Program-made: the position numbers and the translations under genes
Shown: piece after piece, positions 1-10,699 of the stretch
Numbering within the stretch: the stretch's first letter is position 1
Layout: each line of letters begins with the position of its first letter
Assembly: GCF_003790525.1 (NCBI RefSeq)
Contig: NZ_CP033635.1
Source: Escherichia coli
GTDB lineage: Bacteria > Pseudomonadota > Gammaproteobacteria > Enterobacterales > Enterobacteriaceae
Reading direction: 5' to 3' (one strand)
DNA length: 64,000 nucleotides
The notes under the pieces: generated by a model
Told to the model about the DNA's origin: nothing
Databases searched by the model: none
What the model saw: only the letters and a program-made list of their open reading frames with translations

Positions 1-2101
1 CTCCGTAGAGGACGTAATTCAGACGCTGTTTGAAGCCATCGTATTGGTGGTTTGCGTGATGTATTTATTCCTGCAAAACCTGCGTGCCACACTGATTCCG
101 GCGTTAGCTGTCCCCGTCGTTTTGCTGGGCACATTCGGCGTTCTTGCGTTGTTTGGCTATTCGATTAATACCCTGACGTTGTTTGCAATGGTGCTGGCGA
201 TCGGCTTGCTGGTGGACGATGCCATTGTGGTGGTAGAGAACGTCGAACGCATTATGCGTGACGAAGGGTTGCCCGCGCGTGAAGCCACGGAAAAATCAAT
301 GGGCGAGATTTCTGGCGCACTGGTTGCCATTGCGCTGGTGTTGTCAGCCGTATTCCTGCCGATGGCCTTCTTTGGGGAATCTACGGGCGTAATTTATCGT
401 CAGTTCTCCATCACCATCATCTCCGCAATGCTGCTTTCCGTGGTGGTGGCATTGACCTTGACTCCCGCCCTGTGCGGTTCCGTCCTCCAGCATGTTCCGC
501 CACATAAAAAAGGCTTTTTCGGCGCATTTAACCGCTTTTACCGCCGTACTGAAGATAAATATCAGCGAGGCGTAATTTATGTCCTGCGCCGTGCAGCCCG
601 AACGATGGGGCTTTATGTCGTGCTGGGTGGTGGAATGGCCCTGATGATGTGGAAACTGCCCGGCAGTTTCTTACCCACTGAAGACCAGGGCGAAATCATG
701 GTGCAGTACACGCTGCCGGCCGGGGCGACCGCTGCCCGTACAGCAGAAGTGAATCGCCAGATTGTTGACTGGTTCCTGATTAACGAGAAAGCAAATACCG
801 ATGTCATCTTTACCGTTGATGGTTTCAGTTTTAGCGGCAGCGGACAGAACACCGGGATGGCGTTTGTTTCGTTGAAAAACTGGTCTCAACGTAAAGGGGC
901 AGAAAACACCGCCCAGGCTATCGCCCTACGGGCAACCAAAGAGCTGGGCACAATTCGTGATGCGACGGTATTTGCGATGACGCCGCCAGCCGTTGATGGG
1001 CTGGGGCAAAGCAATGGTTTTACGTTTGAATTGTTAGCTAACGGTGGAACCGATCGTGAAACACTGCTGCAAATGCGTAATCAGTTGATAGAAAAAGCGA
1101 ATCAAAGTCCGGAGTTACATTCTGTACGCGCCAATGATTTGCCACAAATGCCGCAATTGCAGGTAGATATTGATAGCAATAAAGCGGTGTCATTAGGGTT
1201 GAGTTTGAATGATGTCACCGACACCCTGTCCAGTGCGTGGGGCGGTACTTATGTGAATGACTTTATTGACCGTGGTCGTGTGAAAAAAGTCTACATTCAG
1301 GGCGACAGCGAATTTCGTTCCGCGCCGTCAGACTTAGGTAAATGGTTTGTGCGCGGTAGCGATAACGCTATGACACCATTCTCTGCTTTTGCGACCACCC
1401 GCTGGCTGTATGGACCGGAAAGACTGGTGCGCTACAACGGCTCGGCAGCCTATGAAATTCAGGGCGAAAACGCGACTGGCTTTAGTTCCGGCGATGCAAT
1501 GACAAAAATGGAGGAACTGGCAAACAGTCTTCCTGCGGGAACAACCTGGGCCTGGAGTGGTTTGTCATTGCAGGAGAAACTGGCCAGCGGTCAGGCATTA
1601 AGTCTGTATGCAGTTTCTATTCTGGTGGTTTTCCTCTGCCTTGCAGCACTGTACGAAAGCTGGTCAGTCCCGTTCTCGGTCATTCTGGTGATCCCTCTGG
1701 GGCTTCTTGGCGCGGCGCTGGCGGCCTGGATGCGTGATTTAAACAACGACGTTTACTTCCAGGTAGCGCTATTAACTACTATCGGCTTGTCATCGAAAAA
1801 CGCCATTCTGATTGTGGAATTTGCTGAAGCGGCGGTTGCAGAGGGCTATTCCTTGAGTCGTGCGGCATTACGCGCGGCGCAGACTCGTTTACGCCCAATC
1901 ATCATGACCTCGCTGGCGTTTATTGCGGGGGTAATGCCGCTGGCGATAGCAACTGGCGCAGGGGCGAACAGCCGCATCGCCATTGGTACGGGCATTATTG
2001 GCGGCACGCTGACCGCTACATTACTGGCCATTTTCTTCGTTCCTCTGTTTTTTGTACTGGTGAAACGTTTGTTTGCCGGTAAACCGCGCCGTCAGGAGTA
2101 A
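1..2101 (+). CDS. RND (HAE1-type) multidrug efflux permease, 5'-truncated by the window edge (C-terminal ~700 aa present)
   Basis: Open frame from nt 2 to TAA at 2099-2101; translation matches AcrB/MexB-like transporters by eye ([14 protein letters not shown] motif, hydrophobic C-terminal TM bundle). Frame runs off the left edge. Confidence 0.85.
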   Translation, partial: SVEDVIQTLFEAIVLVVCVMYLFLQNLRATLIPALAVPVVLLGTFGVLALFGYSINTLTLFAMVLAIGLLVDDAIVVVENVERIMRDEGLPAREATEKSMGEISGALVAIALVLSAVFLPMAFFGESTGVIYRQFSITIISAMLLSVVVALTLTPALCGSVLQHVPPHKKGFFGAFNRFYRRTEDKYQRGVIYVLRRAARTMGLYVVLGGGMALMMWKLPGSFLPTEDQGEIMVQYTLPAGATAARTAEVNRQIVDWFLINEKANTDVIFTVDGFSFSGSGQNTGMAFVSLKNWSQRKGAENTAQAIALRATKELGTIRDATVFAMTPPAVDGLGQSNGFTFELLANGGTDRETLLQMRNQLIEKANQSPELHSVRANDLPQMPQLQVDIDSNKAVSLGLSLNDVTDTLSSAWGGTYVNDFIDRGRVKKVYIQGDSEFRSAPSDLGKWFVRGSDNAMTPFSAFATTRWLYGPERLVRYNGSAAYEIQGENATGFSSGDAMTKMEELANSLPAGTTWAWSGLSLQEKLASGQALSLYAVSILVVFLCLAALYESWSVPFSVILVIPLGLLGAALAAWMRDLNNDVYFQVALLTTIGLSSKNAILIVEFAEAAVAEGYSLSRAALRAAQTRLRPIIMTSLAFIAGVMPLAIATGAGANSRIAIGTGIIGGTLTATLLAIFFVPLFFVLVKRLFAGKPRRQE

Positions 2102-2104
2102 GTT

Positions 2105-3505
2105 ATGTTGCGTCGTTCTCTTATTTTTCTGGTGTTGTTGAGTGCGGGATGTGTCTCGCTCGATCCTCACTACAGTACGCCTGAATCCCCAATCCCGGCG
2201 ACCTTGCCGGGAGCACAGGGCCAGGGGAAGGCAATCAGCCATGACTGGCAGCAGGTGATTCACGATCCCCGATTGCAGCAGGTGATTCACGATCCCCGAT
2301 TGCAGCAGGTAGTAACCATTGCACTGAACAGTAACCGCGATGTGCAAAAAGCGATTGCTGATATTGACTCAGCACGGGCGCTCTATGGGCAAACTAATGC
2401 GTCGTTATTTCCGACGGTGAATGCGGCCTTAAGTTCGACTCGCAGTCGTTCGCTGGCGAATGGTACGGGAACAACTGCCGAGGCTGACGGCACGGTGTCC
2501 AGTTATACGTTAGATCTGTTTGGTCGTAATCAGAGTTTATCTCGGGCGGCGCGGGAAACCTGGCTTGCCAGTGAATTTACAGCCCAGAACACTCGTTTAA
2601 CGCTGATTGCTGAAATCAGCACCGCCTGGCTGACACTGGCGGCTGATAACAGCAACCTGGCCCTGGCAAAAGAAACGATGGCCAGTGCAGAAAACTCATT
2701 GAAAATTATCCAGCGCCAGCAACAGGTTGGCACGGCGGCAGCGACAGATGTCAGTGAGGCGATGAGTGTTTATCAGCAAGCGCGCGCCAGCGTTGCCAGC
2801 TATCAGACACAAGTGATGCAGGATAAAAATGCGCTGAACTTACTGGCAGGTACAACGCTTGCGGAAAATCTGCTACCGGGAACACTGGAAAGCCTGCCGG
2901 AACAAATGATAAGTCTGGTTCCTGCGGGAGTATCATCTGATGTTCTGCTGCGTCGCCCGGATATCCAGGAAGCGGAACATAATTTGAAGAGCGCCAATGC
3001 CGATATTGGCGCGGCACGGGCTAACTTTTTCCCGACGATTTCGCTGACTGCCAGTGCCGGTGTTGGCAGTGACGCGTTGTCGTCGTTGTTCAGCCACGGA
3101 ATGCAGATCTGGTCATTTGCGCCATCGGTCACATTACCGCTGTTTACTGGCGGAAGTAATCTGGCGCAGCTTCGTTACGCAGAAGCACAAAAGCGTGGAC
3201 TCATTGCCACCTATGAAAAAACCGTTCAGAGCGCATTTAAAGATGTCGCTAACGCACTGGCGCGGCGGACCACGCTTGAAGAGCAACTGGATGCACAGCG
3301 CCAGTATGTTAAAGCTGAACAACAAACGGTCGATGTTGGCTTGCGTCGCTATCAGGCGGGTGTTGGTGATTACCTGACCGTGTTGACGGCGCAGCGCAGC
3401 TTGTGGAGCGCACAGCAGGAGCTGCTGGCACTGCAACTGACTGATTTTACAAACCGAATCACGCTCTGGCAGTCGCTGGGCGGCGGCATGTCATCACTCA
3501 AGTAA
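2105..3505 (+). CDS. Outer-membrane efflux lipoprotein (OprM/NodT family)
   Basis: 466-aa ORF starting 4 nt after the RND stop, AGGAG upstream; lipoprotein signal with lipobox (LSAGC); OprM-like blocks (DPRLQQV..ALNSNRDV, LLRRPDI.EAEH.L..ANA.IGAARA.FFP, SLW.AQQ); contains 27-bp tandem duplication. Confidence 0.85.
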   Translation: MLRRSLIFLVLLSAGCVSLDPHYSTPESPIPATLPGAQGQGKAISHDWQQVIHDPRLQQVIHDPRLQQVVTIALNSNRDVQKAIADIDSARALYGQTNASLFPTVNAALSSTRSRSLANGTGTTAEADGTVSSYTLDLFGRNQSLSRAARETWLASEFTAQNTRLTLIAEISTAWLTLAADNSNLALAKETMASAENSLKIIQRQQQVGTAAATDVSEAMSVYQQARASVASYQTQVMQDKNALNLLAGTTLAENLLPGTLESLPEQMISLVPAGVSSDVLLRRPDIQEAEHNLKSANADIGAARANFFPTISLTASAGVGSDALSSLFSHGMQIWSFAPSVTLPLFTGGSNLAQLRYAEAQKRGLIATYEKTVQSAFKDVANALARRTTLEEQLDAQRQYVKAEQQTVDVGLRRYQAGVGDYLTVLTAQRSLWSAQQELLALQLTDFTNRITLWQSLGGGMSSLK

Positions 3506-3513
3506 GGAATAAT

Positions 3514-4677
3514 ATGGCTAGAGTCTCTCTTTCATGGGCATTGATTCTTGGTCTTTTAGCCGGTATCGGCCCGATGTGTACCGATCTTTATTTGCCGGCT
3601 TTGCCGGAGATGTCTGAGCAACTGGCGGCAACCACGACCATAACGCAATTAACCCTGACCGCATCACTGATTGGTCTTGGCGTCGGACAACTGTTATTTG
3701 GCCCTCTGAGCGACAAAATAGGGCGTAAACGTCCGTTAATCTTGTCGTTGCTATTGTTTATTGTTTCTTCCATTTTGTGCGCGACAACGAACAATATTTA
3801 CTGGCTGGTGGTCTGGCGTTTTATTCAAGGGATCGCGGGGGCGGGTGGTTCGGTGCTCTCTCGTTCTATTGCTCGTGACAAATATCAGGGAGTAACGTTG
3901 ACCCAGTTTTTTGCGCTGTTAATGACGGTGAATGGCCTGGCACCGGTGTTGTCGCCAGTGCTGGGCGGGTACATTGTTAGCACTTTTGACTGGCGCACTT
4001 TATTCTGGGTAATGGCTGAAATTAGCACCGTACTGTTGCTGGGCTGCCTGTTATTTATTAATGAGACCTTGCCAGAAAATAAAAGGGGCTCATCATTGCT
4101 ATTAACCGGACGAAGCGTGGTGCAGAACCGCCGTTTTATGCGCTTTTGCCTGATTCAAAGTTTTATGCTGGCCGGTTTGTTTGCATATATCGGCTCTTCG
4201 TCGTTCGTGTTGCAGAAGGAATTTGGCTTTAGTCCAATGCAATTTAGCCTGGTGTTTGGCCTTAACGGCATCGGACTTATCATTGCTTCATGGATCTTCT
4301 CGCGCCTGGCGCGACGGATTAACGCGATGACATTGTTGCGAGGTGGCCTGATAGCGGCAATTTTGTGTGCATTGCTCACGGTCTTATGCGCATGGACACA
4401 ATTGCCCATTCCGGCACTGGTGGCATTATTTTTCACCATCGCATTTTGTAGCGGCATCGGCACTGTTGGCGGGGCAGAGGCTATGAGTGCAGTAGGGACG
4501 CAGGAATCTGGAACGGCGTCTGCGTTGATGGGGATGAGCATGTTTGTCTTCGGCGGTATAGCCGCGCCATTGTCGGGAATTGGCGGAGAAACACTGTTAA
4601 AAATGAGTCTGGCAATTACGGTGTGTTATACGCTGGCATTGCTGGTTGCTCTCACCAGAATCGACAATCAAAAGTAA
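3514..4677 (+). CDS. MFS drug-efflux transporter (Bcr/CflA-like)
   Basis: 387-aa ORF, AAGGA RBS, about 12 hydrophobic segments, MFS motif region GPLSDKIGRKRPL; co-directional with the upstream efflux genes. Confidence 0.75.
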   Translation: MARVSLSWALILGLLAGIGPMCTDLYLPALPEMSEQLAATTTITQLTLTASLIGLGVGQLLFGPLSDKIGRKRPLILSLLLFIVSSILCATTNNIYWLVVWRFIQGIAGAGGSVLSRSIARDKYQGVTLTQFFALLMTVNGLAPVLSPVLGGYIVSTFDWRTLFWVMAEISTVLLLGCLLFINETLPENKRGSSLLLTGRSVVQNRRFMRFCLIQSFMLAGLFAYIGSSSFVLQKEFGFSPMQFSLVFGLNGIGLIIASWIFSRLARRINAMTLLRGGLIAAILCALLTVLCAWTQLPIPALVALFFTIAFCSGIGTVGGAEAMSAVGTQESGTASALMGMSMFVFGGIAAPLSGIGGETLLKMSLAITVCYTLALLVALTRIDNQK

Positions 4678-4683
4678 TGAACA

Positions 4684-4720
4684 CCTCATCCTGAGGGGGG
4701 CCCTGTCAGGATGAGGTGCA
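4684..4720. terminator. Bidirectional hairpin between convergent MFS gene and sapF
   Basis: Perfect 13-bp inverted repeat CACCTCATCCTGA/TCAGGATGAGGTG with GC-rich loop, in the 48-bp gap between convergent stops. Confidence 0.5.
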
Positions 4721-4725
4721 AAACA

Positions 4726-5532
4726 CTAACGGTCCTTACGCCACGCATCCGCCGTCAATGCCTCGCCAAAATGACCGGCGATCAGCCGTTTGGTGAGTTC
4801 ATGCAGCGGCGATGCCAGCACATCTGCGGTGCTGCCTCGCTCGACAACCTCGCCCTGATGCATCACCAGCACCTGGTCGCTAATGTGCTTCATCATTCCG
4901 ATATGCTGGGTAACATAAATATACGAAATGCCCTGTTTTTCCTGTAACTCCAGCATCAGGTTAATCAACTGCGAACGCATCGACATATCCAGTGAGGCGA
5001 GGGCTTCATCGGCAATAATGACTTTTGGGCGCAATATCAGCGCGCGCGCCAGACCCAGACGCTGTTTTTGCCCGGGTGCCAACATATGCGGATAGTAACT
5101 GACGTGATCCGGTAGCAGCCCAACCATACGCATCGTTTCAATAATCTGTTTGCGACGCTGTTCCGGTTCCAGATCGGTGTTCAGACGCAGTGGAAAATCC
5201 AGAATTTGCGAGATACGTTGACGGGGATTCAACGAGGTCGAAGGATCCTGAAAAATCATGCGAATACGCTGACTGCGGAAGGAATAATCGCCAAAATGCA
5301 GCGGATGATCGTCAATCAATAACTCGCCGCTGGTAGGTTCTATCATTCCCGCCAGCATTTTTGCCAGCGTGGATTTACCCGAACCATTCTCGCCAATAAT
5401 CGCCAGTGTCTGGCCTTCACGTAGCGTAAAGCTCAAGGGTTTTACCGCTTCTACGGTCTGACGACGAAACCAACCGGTCCGGTAGCGGAACGTTTTACTT
5501 AAATTACGCACTTCAAGCAGCGTTTCGATCAT
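4726..5532 (-). CDS. sapF: ABC transporter ATP-binding protein SapF
   Basis: 268-aa ORF, Walker A GENGSGKST, ABC signature; recognised as E. coli SapF; last gene of sapABCDF order. Confidence 0.92.
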   Translation of the reverse strand: MIETLLEVRNLSKTFRYRTGWFRRQTVEAVKPLSFTLREGQTLAIIGENGSGKSTLAKMLAGMIEPTSGELLIDDHPLHFGDYSFRSQRIRMIFQDPSTSLNPRQRISQILDFPLRLNTDLEPEQRRKQIIETMRMVGLLPDHVSYYPHMLAPGQKQRLGLARALILRPKVIIADEALASLDMSMRSQLINLMLELQEKQGISYIYVTQHIGMMKHISDQVLVMHQGEVVERGSTADVLASPLHELTKRLIAGHFGEALTADAWRKDR

Positions 5533-5533
5533 C

Positions 5534-6526
5534 TCATTCTTTCTCCATGTTCAGCGGGAAATGACAGGCATAGAGATGATTTTTCGCCCCCGTCAAACGT
5601 GGCGTCACAATGCATTCTCGTTGTGCATACGGGCAACGCGGCCCCAGACGACACCCAATCGGTAACTGTTCCAGCAGCGGGATAGCGCCGGGCAGCGTAT
5701 TGAGGCGACTTTTATGCGGCATCGCGCTGCCGAAGTCTGGTATCGCGCGGATCAGCGCCTGGGTATAAGGATGATGTGGCATTGTCACCAACTCCTTACT
5801 TGGCGCGGTTTCCACCGTTTGACCGCAGTAAAGCACGTTAATTTTATCCGCCCATTGGCTAAGCATTTGTAAGTCATGGCTGATAAGCAAAATAGTGGTA
5901 TTACTGTTTTGGTTGAGACGCGTCAGCAGGCGAAAGATTTGCGCCTGGGTTGTTGGCTCCATTGAGTTTGTCGGTTCGTCAGCAATCAGCAGACGCGGTT
6001 GATTCGCCAGTGCAATGGCTATCATCACTTTCTGACATTCACCTTCGGTCAACTCATAGGGAAAACTGCGCATCGCATCTTTGTGATCTTTAATCCCCAC
6101 GCGGTGCAGCAGTTCAATGGCACGGCGTTTGCGCCAGCCAAAACGCTGCCACCAACGGCCTTTATAGGTCCAGGCTGGGATGTTTTGCATCAACTGGCGA
6201 CCCACACGTTCTGAAGGGTCAAGACACGACTGCGGTTCCTGGAAAATCATCGACACGTTGTGACCAACCAGCTTGCGCCGTTCGCGTGCGGAGAGACGCA
6301 GCAAATCGATATCATCAAAACGCATACGGTCAGCAGTAACACGCCAGTTATCTTTATTCACCCCACAAATTGCTTTCGCAATCAAACTTTTGCCGGAACC
6401 TGATTCGCCAACAAGACCGCGGATTTCACCTTCGGTTAAGGTCATACTTACGCGGTCGACGGCTTTAACCCACTCATCACCGGTTTTAAATTCAATGGTC
6501 AGGTTACGAATATCGAGTAATGGCAT
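5534..6526 (-). CDS. sapD: ABC transporter ATP-binding protein SapD
   Basis: 330-aa ORF, Walker [10 protein letters not shown]-terminal oligopeptide-ABC extension; recognised as SapD. Confidence 0.92.
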
Positions 6527-7416
6527 TATTCCACCCCCGCAATAATTGCACGACGGACACCGTCGCCAAGGAGGTTAACCAACAGCACGCTAATCATAAT
6601 TGCCGCACCTGGCAGCATGACAGTCCACGGGGCGACATAAATCAGTTCCAGCGCATCACCGAGCATCGCTCCCCATTCAGGCGAGGGGAGTTGTGCGCCG
6701 AGATCGAGAAAGCCCAGCGCGGCGATATCGAGAATTGCCATCGACAGTGCGCGGGTGATCTCGGTGACCAGCCCGGCGGTGATGTTTGGCATCACAGCAA
6801 ACCAGAGAATATTCAGCGTTGATGCGCCATCCAGACGGGCGGCGATAACGTACTCTTTTTCCAGTTCGTCATGCACCATGCTGTAAATCGAACGTACCAT
6901 ACGAGGCAGCAGCGCCAGCCAGACGGCAAACATGGCGTGCGACAAACTCGGTCCGGCAAACGCTACAACGATAATTGCCAGCAGTAGGGAAGGGATCGCC
7001 AGTAAGGTATCCAGAATATGGTTAAGCACCGCTGATCGGAGGCCGTGGGTCGCCCCGGCGAAGGTGCCCAGTACCAGGCCACAGATCGTCGCGGCAAGCG
7101 TCACCACAAATGCGCCGCCTACGGTTGGCGCAGCTCCGCTCAGTAAACGGCTTAAAACATCGCGTCCGAGGTCGTCAGTCCCAAGGAAGAAAGAAACTTC
7201 GCCATAGCGCGACCATGACGGCGGCAATAATTGATAACCGAGAAATTGCTGATCGATGCCGTAAGGCGCAAACCAGCCGCCAAAAATACACAGTACAGCC
7301 AGCCCCGCGCAGCCGTACAGGCCGACCATCGCAGAGGCGTCACTATAAAATTTGCGCCAGGCGGTACGCAGCGTGCCCGGCGGGCGCTTTTCGCTGTATA
7401 CGCTATCGTAAGGCAT
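6526..7416 (-). CDS. sapC: ABC transporter permease SapC
   Basis: 296-aa polytopic membrane ORF; start overlaps sapB stop; recognised as SapC. Confidence 0.9.
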
Positions 7417-8368
7417 ACCATTCCTTATGTTTCAGAGGGTTAGCCATGGCACCCAAAATATCAGAAATCACGTTAACAATAATGACCAGTGAGCCACACA
7501 CCATCACTCCGGCGGAAATGGCTGCGTAATCCTGCTGGCGGATAGCGTTAATTAACCAGCGCCCTAAACCCGGCCAGCTAAAGACCATTTCGGTGATCAT
7601 CGCCAGCGTCAGCATGGTAGAAAACTGTAAGCCCAGGCGAGGAATAACCGGAGGTAACGCGTTATGCAGAACGTGGCGACGCAAAATAGTAAAGCGCGAC
7701 AAACCGCGGGTCGCCGCTGCTTTAACATAGTTCTGGTCATACACTTCGATAGTGCTGATACGCATTAGTCGGATCACTTCAGTTGTTGGCGCAACCGACA
7801 GGGTGATCACGGGTAATATCATATGGCGAATTGCGCTCATGACCATTTCATCCCGCCACGGTGAGTCCGAAAGCCAGGCATCAATCAACGCAAAACCGGT
7901 AATCGGTTTCACTTCGTAGAGCAAATCGAAACGCCCAGAAACGGGCAACCAACCTAGCGTGAGTGAACAAAACAGCGTCAGCAGAAGCGCCAGCCAGAAC
8001 ACCGGGATTGAAAAGCCCAGTAAGGCGATGGCGTTGATCAAGTTATCCTGCCACTTATGGCGCGTAATCCCGGCAATCATTCCCATGGGGATGCCAACAA
8101 TCAGCGCAAAACCAAAGGCGAGGATGCACAGCTCCATCGTCGCCGGGAAGACCTCTTTTAACTGTTCGGCAATCGGTTGACCGTTAATGCTGGAAACACC
8201 AAAATCCCAGTGGATCAGGCCGTTAAACCAGAACACCCAGGCATTCCACAGTGACGCGCCTTGTAACGGCGCATGTGGGGTGAAATAGCTCAAGCTGAAG
8301 CCAACGAAGGTCAGCAGGAACAAGGTGACAATCAATAACAAAATACGGCGTAAGGTGAAGATAATCAT
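7403..8368 (-). CDS. sapB: ABC transporter permease SapB
   Basis: 321-aa membrane ORF, DppB/OppB-like; 4-nt overlap with sapA stop. Confidence 0.9.
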
Positions 8369-10008
8369 GGCTTTTTCACCTCATCCTGTTTCTCGCGATA
8401 CACCCCAGCAAAGGAGGCGTTACCAAACGGGCTAAGTACCAGACCTTTGATATCGTACCGATAGGCCTGCAAACGCAATGACGACGCCAGCGGCAGAATA
8501 GGTAATTCCTGCGCCAGAATACTTTGCGCTTCGTCATAGGCTTCAATACGCGCCGCCAGCTGCTGCGAAGAGAGCGCCTTACGCAATACGCTGTCGAATT
8601 TCGGATCGCACCAGTGGGCGAGGTTGGTCTGTGAATGAATTGCCGCGCAGCTCAGTAACGGACGGAAGAAACTGTCCGGGTCGTTACTGTCCGTCGCCCA
8701 ACCGGATAACGTCAGATCATGGCTCATATCCATCAACCGCGCCTCCTGAAAACGACCTTCTACCGGCACAATCACCACTTTTACGCCAACCTGTGCCATA
8801 TCCGCCTGAATCAGTTCGGCGGTTTTCAGTGGACTGGGGTTCCACGCCTGCGAACGTGTGGGCACCCACAGTTTCAGCGTTAAGTTTTCCAGCCCCAACG
8901 CCTTCAACTGTTCGCGCGATTTTGCCGGATTGTATTCAGTAATTTTAGCCTCGTTGTCATAGGCCCACGAGGCGCGCGGTAAAATAGAGGCCGCCGTTTC
9001 AGCCGTACCATAATAGATGGATTGCATCAGGCGCTGGTTATTAATCGCCAGTGCCAGTGCATGGCGGACCGCCGGATTATTTAGCGGCGGTTTAGCGGTG
9101 TTAAACGCCAGATAGGCGACGTTCATCCCCGGGCGCAGCGTTAAACGCAAGCGCGGGTCGTCACGCAAAATGGATAGCTGACTGGCGGCAGGCCAGGCCA
9201 GAACGTCGCATTCCCCGGTCAGGAGTTTCGACAGACGTCCGGTGCCGCCGGAGCCTAAATCCACCACCACCTGCGGCATTAACGGCTTACCACGCCAGAA
9301 GTCATCATGACGTTGTAAGCGAATATATTGCCCGGCGCGGTATTCCGACAACTGATACGGACCGGTGCCGACCGGTTGACGGTCGAGTTGCTCCTGGCGA
9401 TCTTCTTTCTCTAACTTCCCTGCATATTCTGCCGACATGACCGAAGCATAATGGGTCGCGAGGTGCCACAAAAAAGAAGCATCCGGCTGAGCCAGACGGA
9501 ACTCAACGGTATGATTATCCAGTTTACGGACGCTTTTCACGTTATCGGCAAATTGCAGGCTGTCGAAATAGGGGAAGTTGCTGCCATTAACGTTATGCCA
9601 CGGGTTGTTGCGGTCAAAAATTCGCTGGAAGGTAAACACCACATCGTCGGCATTCATTTTACGAGTGGGAGTAAACCAGTCGGTTTTTTGAAACGGAACA
9701 TCGCGACGCAGGTGGAAGCGATAGGTCGCGCCGTTGTCGAGTACTTCCCAGCTTTCGGCAAGTTCCGGCATCAGGCGATAGGTATAGGGATCGACATCCA
9801 GCAGTCGATCATAAAACTGGGCGGCAAGGGTATCGACAATTAACCCACTGCTCGCTTTGGATGGGTTAAAGGTGTTGACTTGCCCGCTGACGCAATAGAC
9901 AAAACCGCTGTCGCGGATATCAGCATGCGGGGGGGATTCAGGCGCGGCGATTGCCTGACCACTCACAAGTCCAGCAATCACCAAAAGAGACGATAATACC
10001 TGGCGCAT
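8365..10008 (-). CDS. sapA: Periplasmic substrate-binding protein SapA
   Basis: 547-aa ORF with signal peptide ([13 protein letters not shown]), family-5 solute-binding fold; first gene of sap operon. Confidence 0.9.
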   Translation of the reverse strand: MRQVLSSLLVIAGLVSGQAIAAPESPPHADIRDSGFVYCVSGQVNTFNPSKASSGLIVDTLAAQFYDRLLDVDPYTYRLMPELAESWEVLDNGATYRFHLRRDVPFQKTDWFTPTRKMNADDVVFTFQRIFDRNNPWHNVNGSNFPYFDSLQFADNVKSVRKLDNHTVEFRLAQPDASFLWHLATHYASVMSAEYAGKLEKEDRQEQLDRQPVGTGPYQLSEYRAGQYIRLQRHDDFWRGKPLMPQVVVDLGSGGTGRLSKLLTGECDVLAWPAASQLSILRDDPRLRLTLRPGMNVAYLAFNTAKPPLNNPAVRHALALAINNQRLMQSIYYGTAETAASILPRASWAYDNEAKITEYNPAKSREQLKALGLENLTLKLWVPTRSQAWNPSPLKTAELIQADMAQVGVKVVIVPVEGRFQEARLMDMSHDLTLSGWATDSNDPDSFFRPLLSCAAIHSQTNLAHWCDPKFDSVLRKALSSQQLAARIEAYDEAQSILAQELPILPLASSLRLQAYRYDIKGLVLSPFGNASFAGVYREKQDEVKKP

Positions 10009-10112
10009 AATATTAAGGGATTTTATGTAAAGAGGCTATCTTACTAATATTTAATGACATTTGCCATTACCGTTTGTGTTCAGGGGTCGTAATGAGGGCC
10101 GTGTGGTTGGTC

Positions 10113-10143
10113 GTTGAACAGGTGGCGTCGCCATCTGTTCAAC
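10113..10143. other. 15-bp-arm hairpin in ymjA-sapA intergenic region
   Basis: GTTGAACAGGTGGCG / CGCCATCTGTTCAAC, one mismatch, 1-nt loop. Confidence 0.5.
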
Positions 10144-10257
10144 ATTCGTACCCGTGATTTCTCTATAACTATAACTCACAGAACAACTTAGCGAGGAGCA
10201 GAGCGGTACGATCGTGAGAAACCCATTGAGGCACACTGCAGTGCGTGTCATTGTTAG

Positions 10258-10285
10258 CCGGATGCGGCGTGAACGCTTTATCCGG
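10258..10285. repeat. REP-like palindromic element
   Basis: CCGGATGCGGCGTGAACGCTTTATCCGG resembles the E. coli REP consensus. Confidence 0.55.
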
Positions 10286-10320
10286 ACAACGATACTGACC
10301 GATCGTCTGCAATGAAATAA

Positions 10321-10566
10321 TTACTCATTACCCCATTGATTCAAAAACTCTGCGATCTCATCAATGCGTACGGGATTAATCCCCGCTTCAGCAGCCATTT
10401 CATGTTGGGCTTCTTCGCTGATTTCTTCATTGTTCATCAAACGGGTGAGCAGTAACTGGAAGTAGAGGGCCAGCGGTGTGCGTTCAGCGTCGGCGACAGG
10501 CTCTGCGCATTCGGTCGCGTACTCATCGGCAATATCGAAATATTTTAGCGGGATATCGTGGTTCAT
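10321..10566 (-). CDS. ymjA: Small acidic protein YmjA
   Basis: 81-aa ORF between sapA and puuP as in E. coli; recognised as YmjA. Confidence 0.75.
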   Translation of the reverse strand: MNHDIPLKYFDIADEYATECAEPVADAERTPLALYFQLLLTRLMNNEEISEEAQHEMAAEAGINPVRIDEIAEFLNQWGNE

Positions 10567-10651
10567 TATTTGCCCCTGGGGTTAATGCGCTAAGCATAAG
10601 GGCGGATGATAGCACTCGTGATCCGGGTCATACATCTTTTTATAGTTAATG

Positions 10652-10690
10652 GCGCGGCGCATTACCCTCAGGCAGGATAATGCGCCGCGC
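10652..10690 (-). terminator. GC-rich hairpin 3' of puuP (terminator or REP-like)
   Basis: 13-bp arms GCGCGGCGCATTA / TAATGCGCCGCGC immediately after the puuP stop; A/T-rich tail but no clean U-run. Confidence 0.4.
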
Positions 10691-10699
10691 ATCCGACAA

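Noticed and set aside
613-889. Minus-strand ORFs (79 and 72 aa) inside the RND gene, and many similar 60-130 aa antisense or out-of-frame ORFs throughout the track
   Set aside because: Each is fully embedded in or antisense to a long, well-supported coding frame, with no RBS or recognisable domain; typical spurious frames in GC-rich coding DNA.
4726-6526. Possibility that the two adjacent ABC ATPase ORFs are a split or frameshifted two-domain ATPase
   Set aside because: Lengths (268 and 330 aa) and N-termini match the separate SapF and SapD proteins; sapABCDF order is complete.
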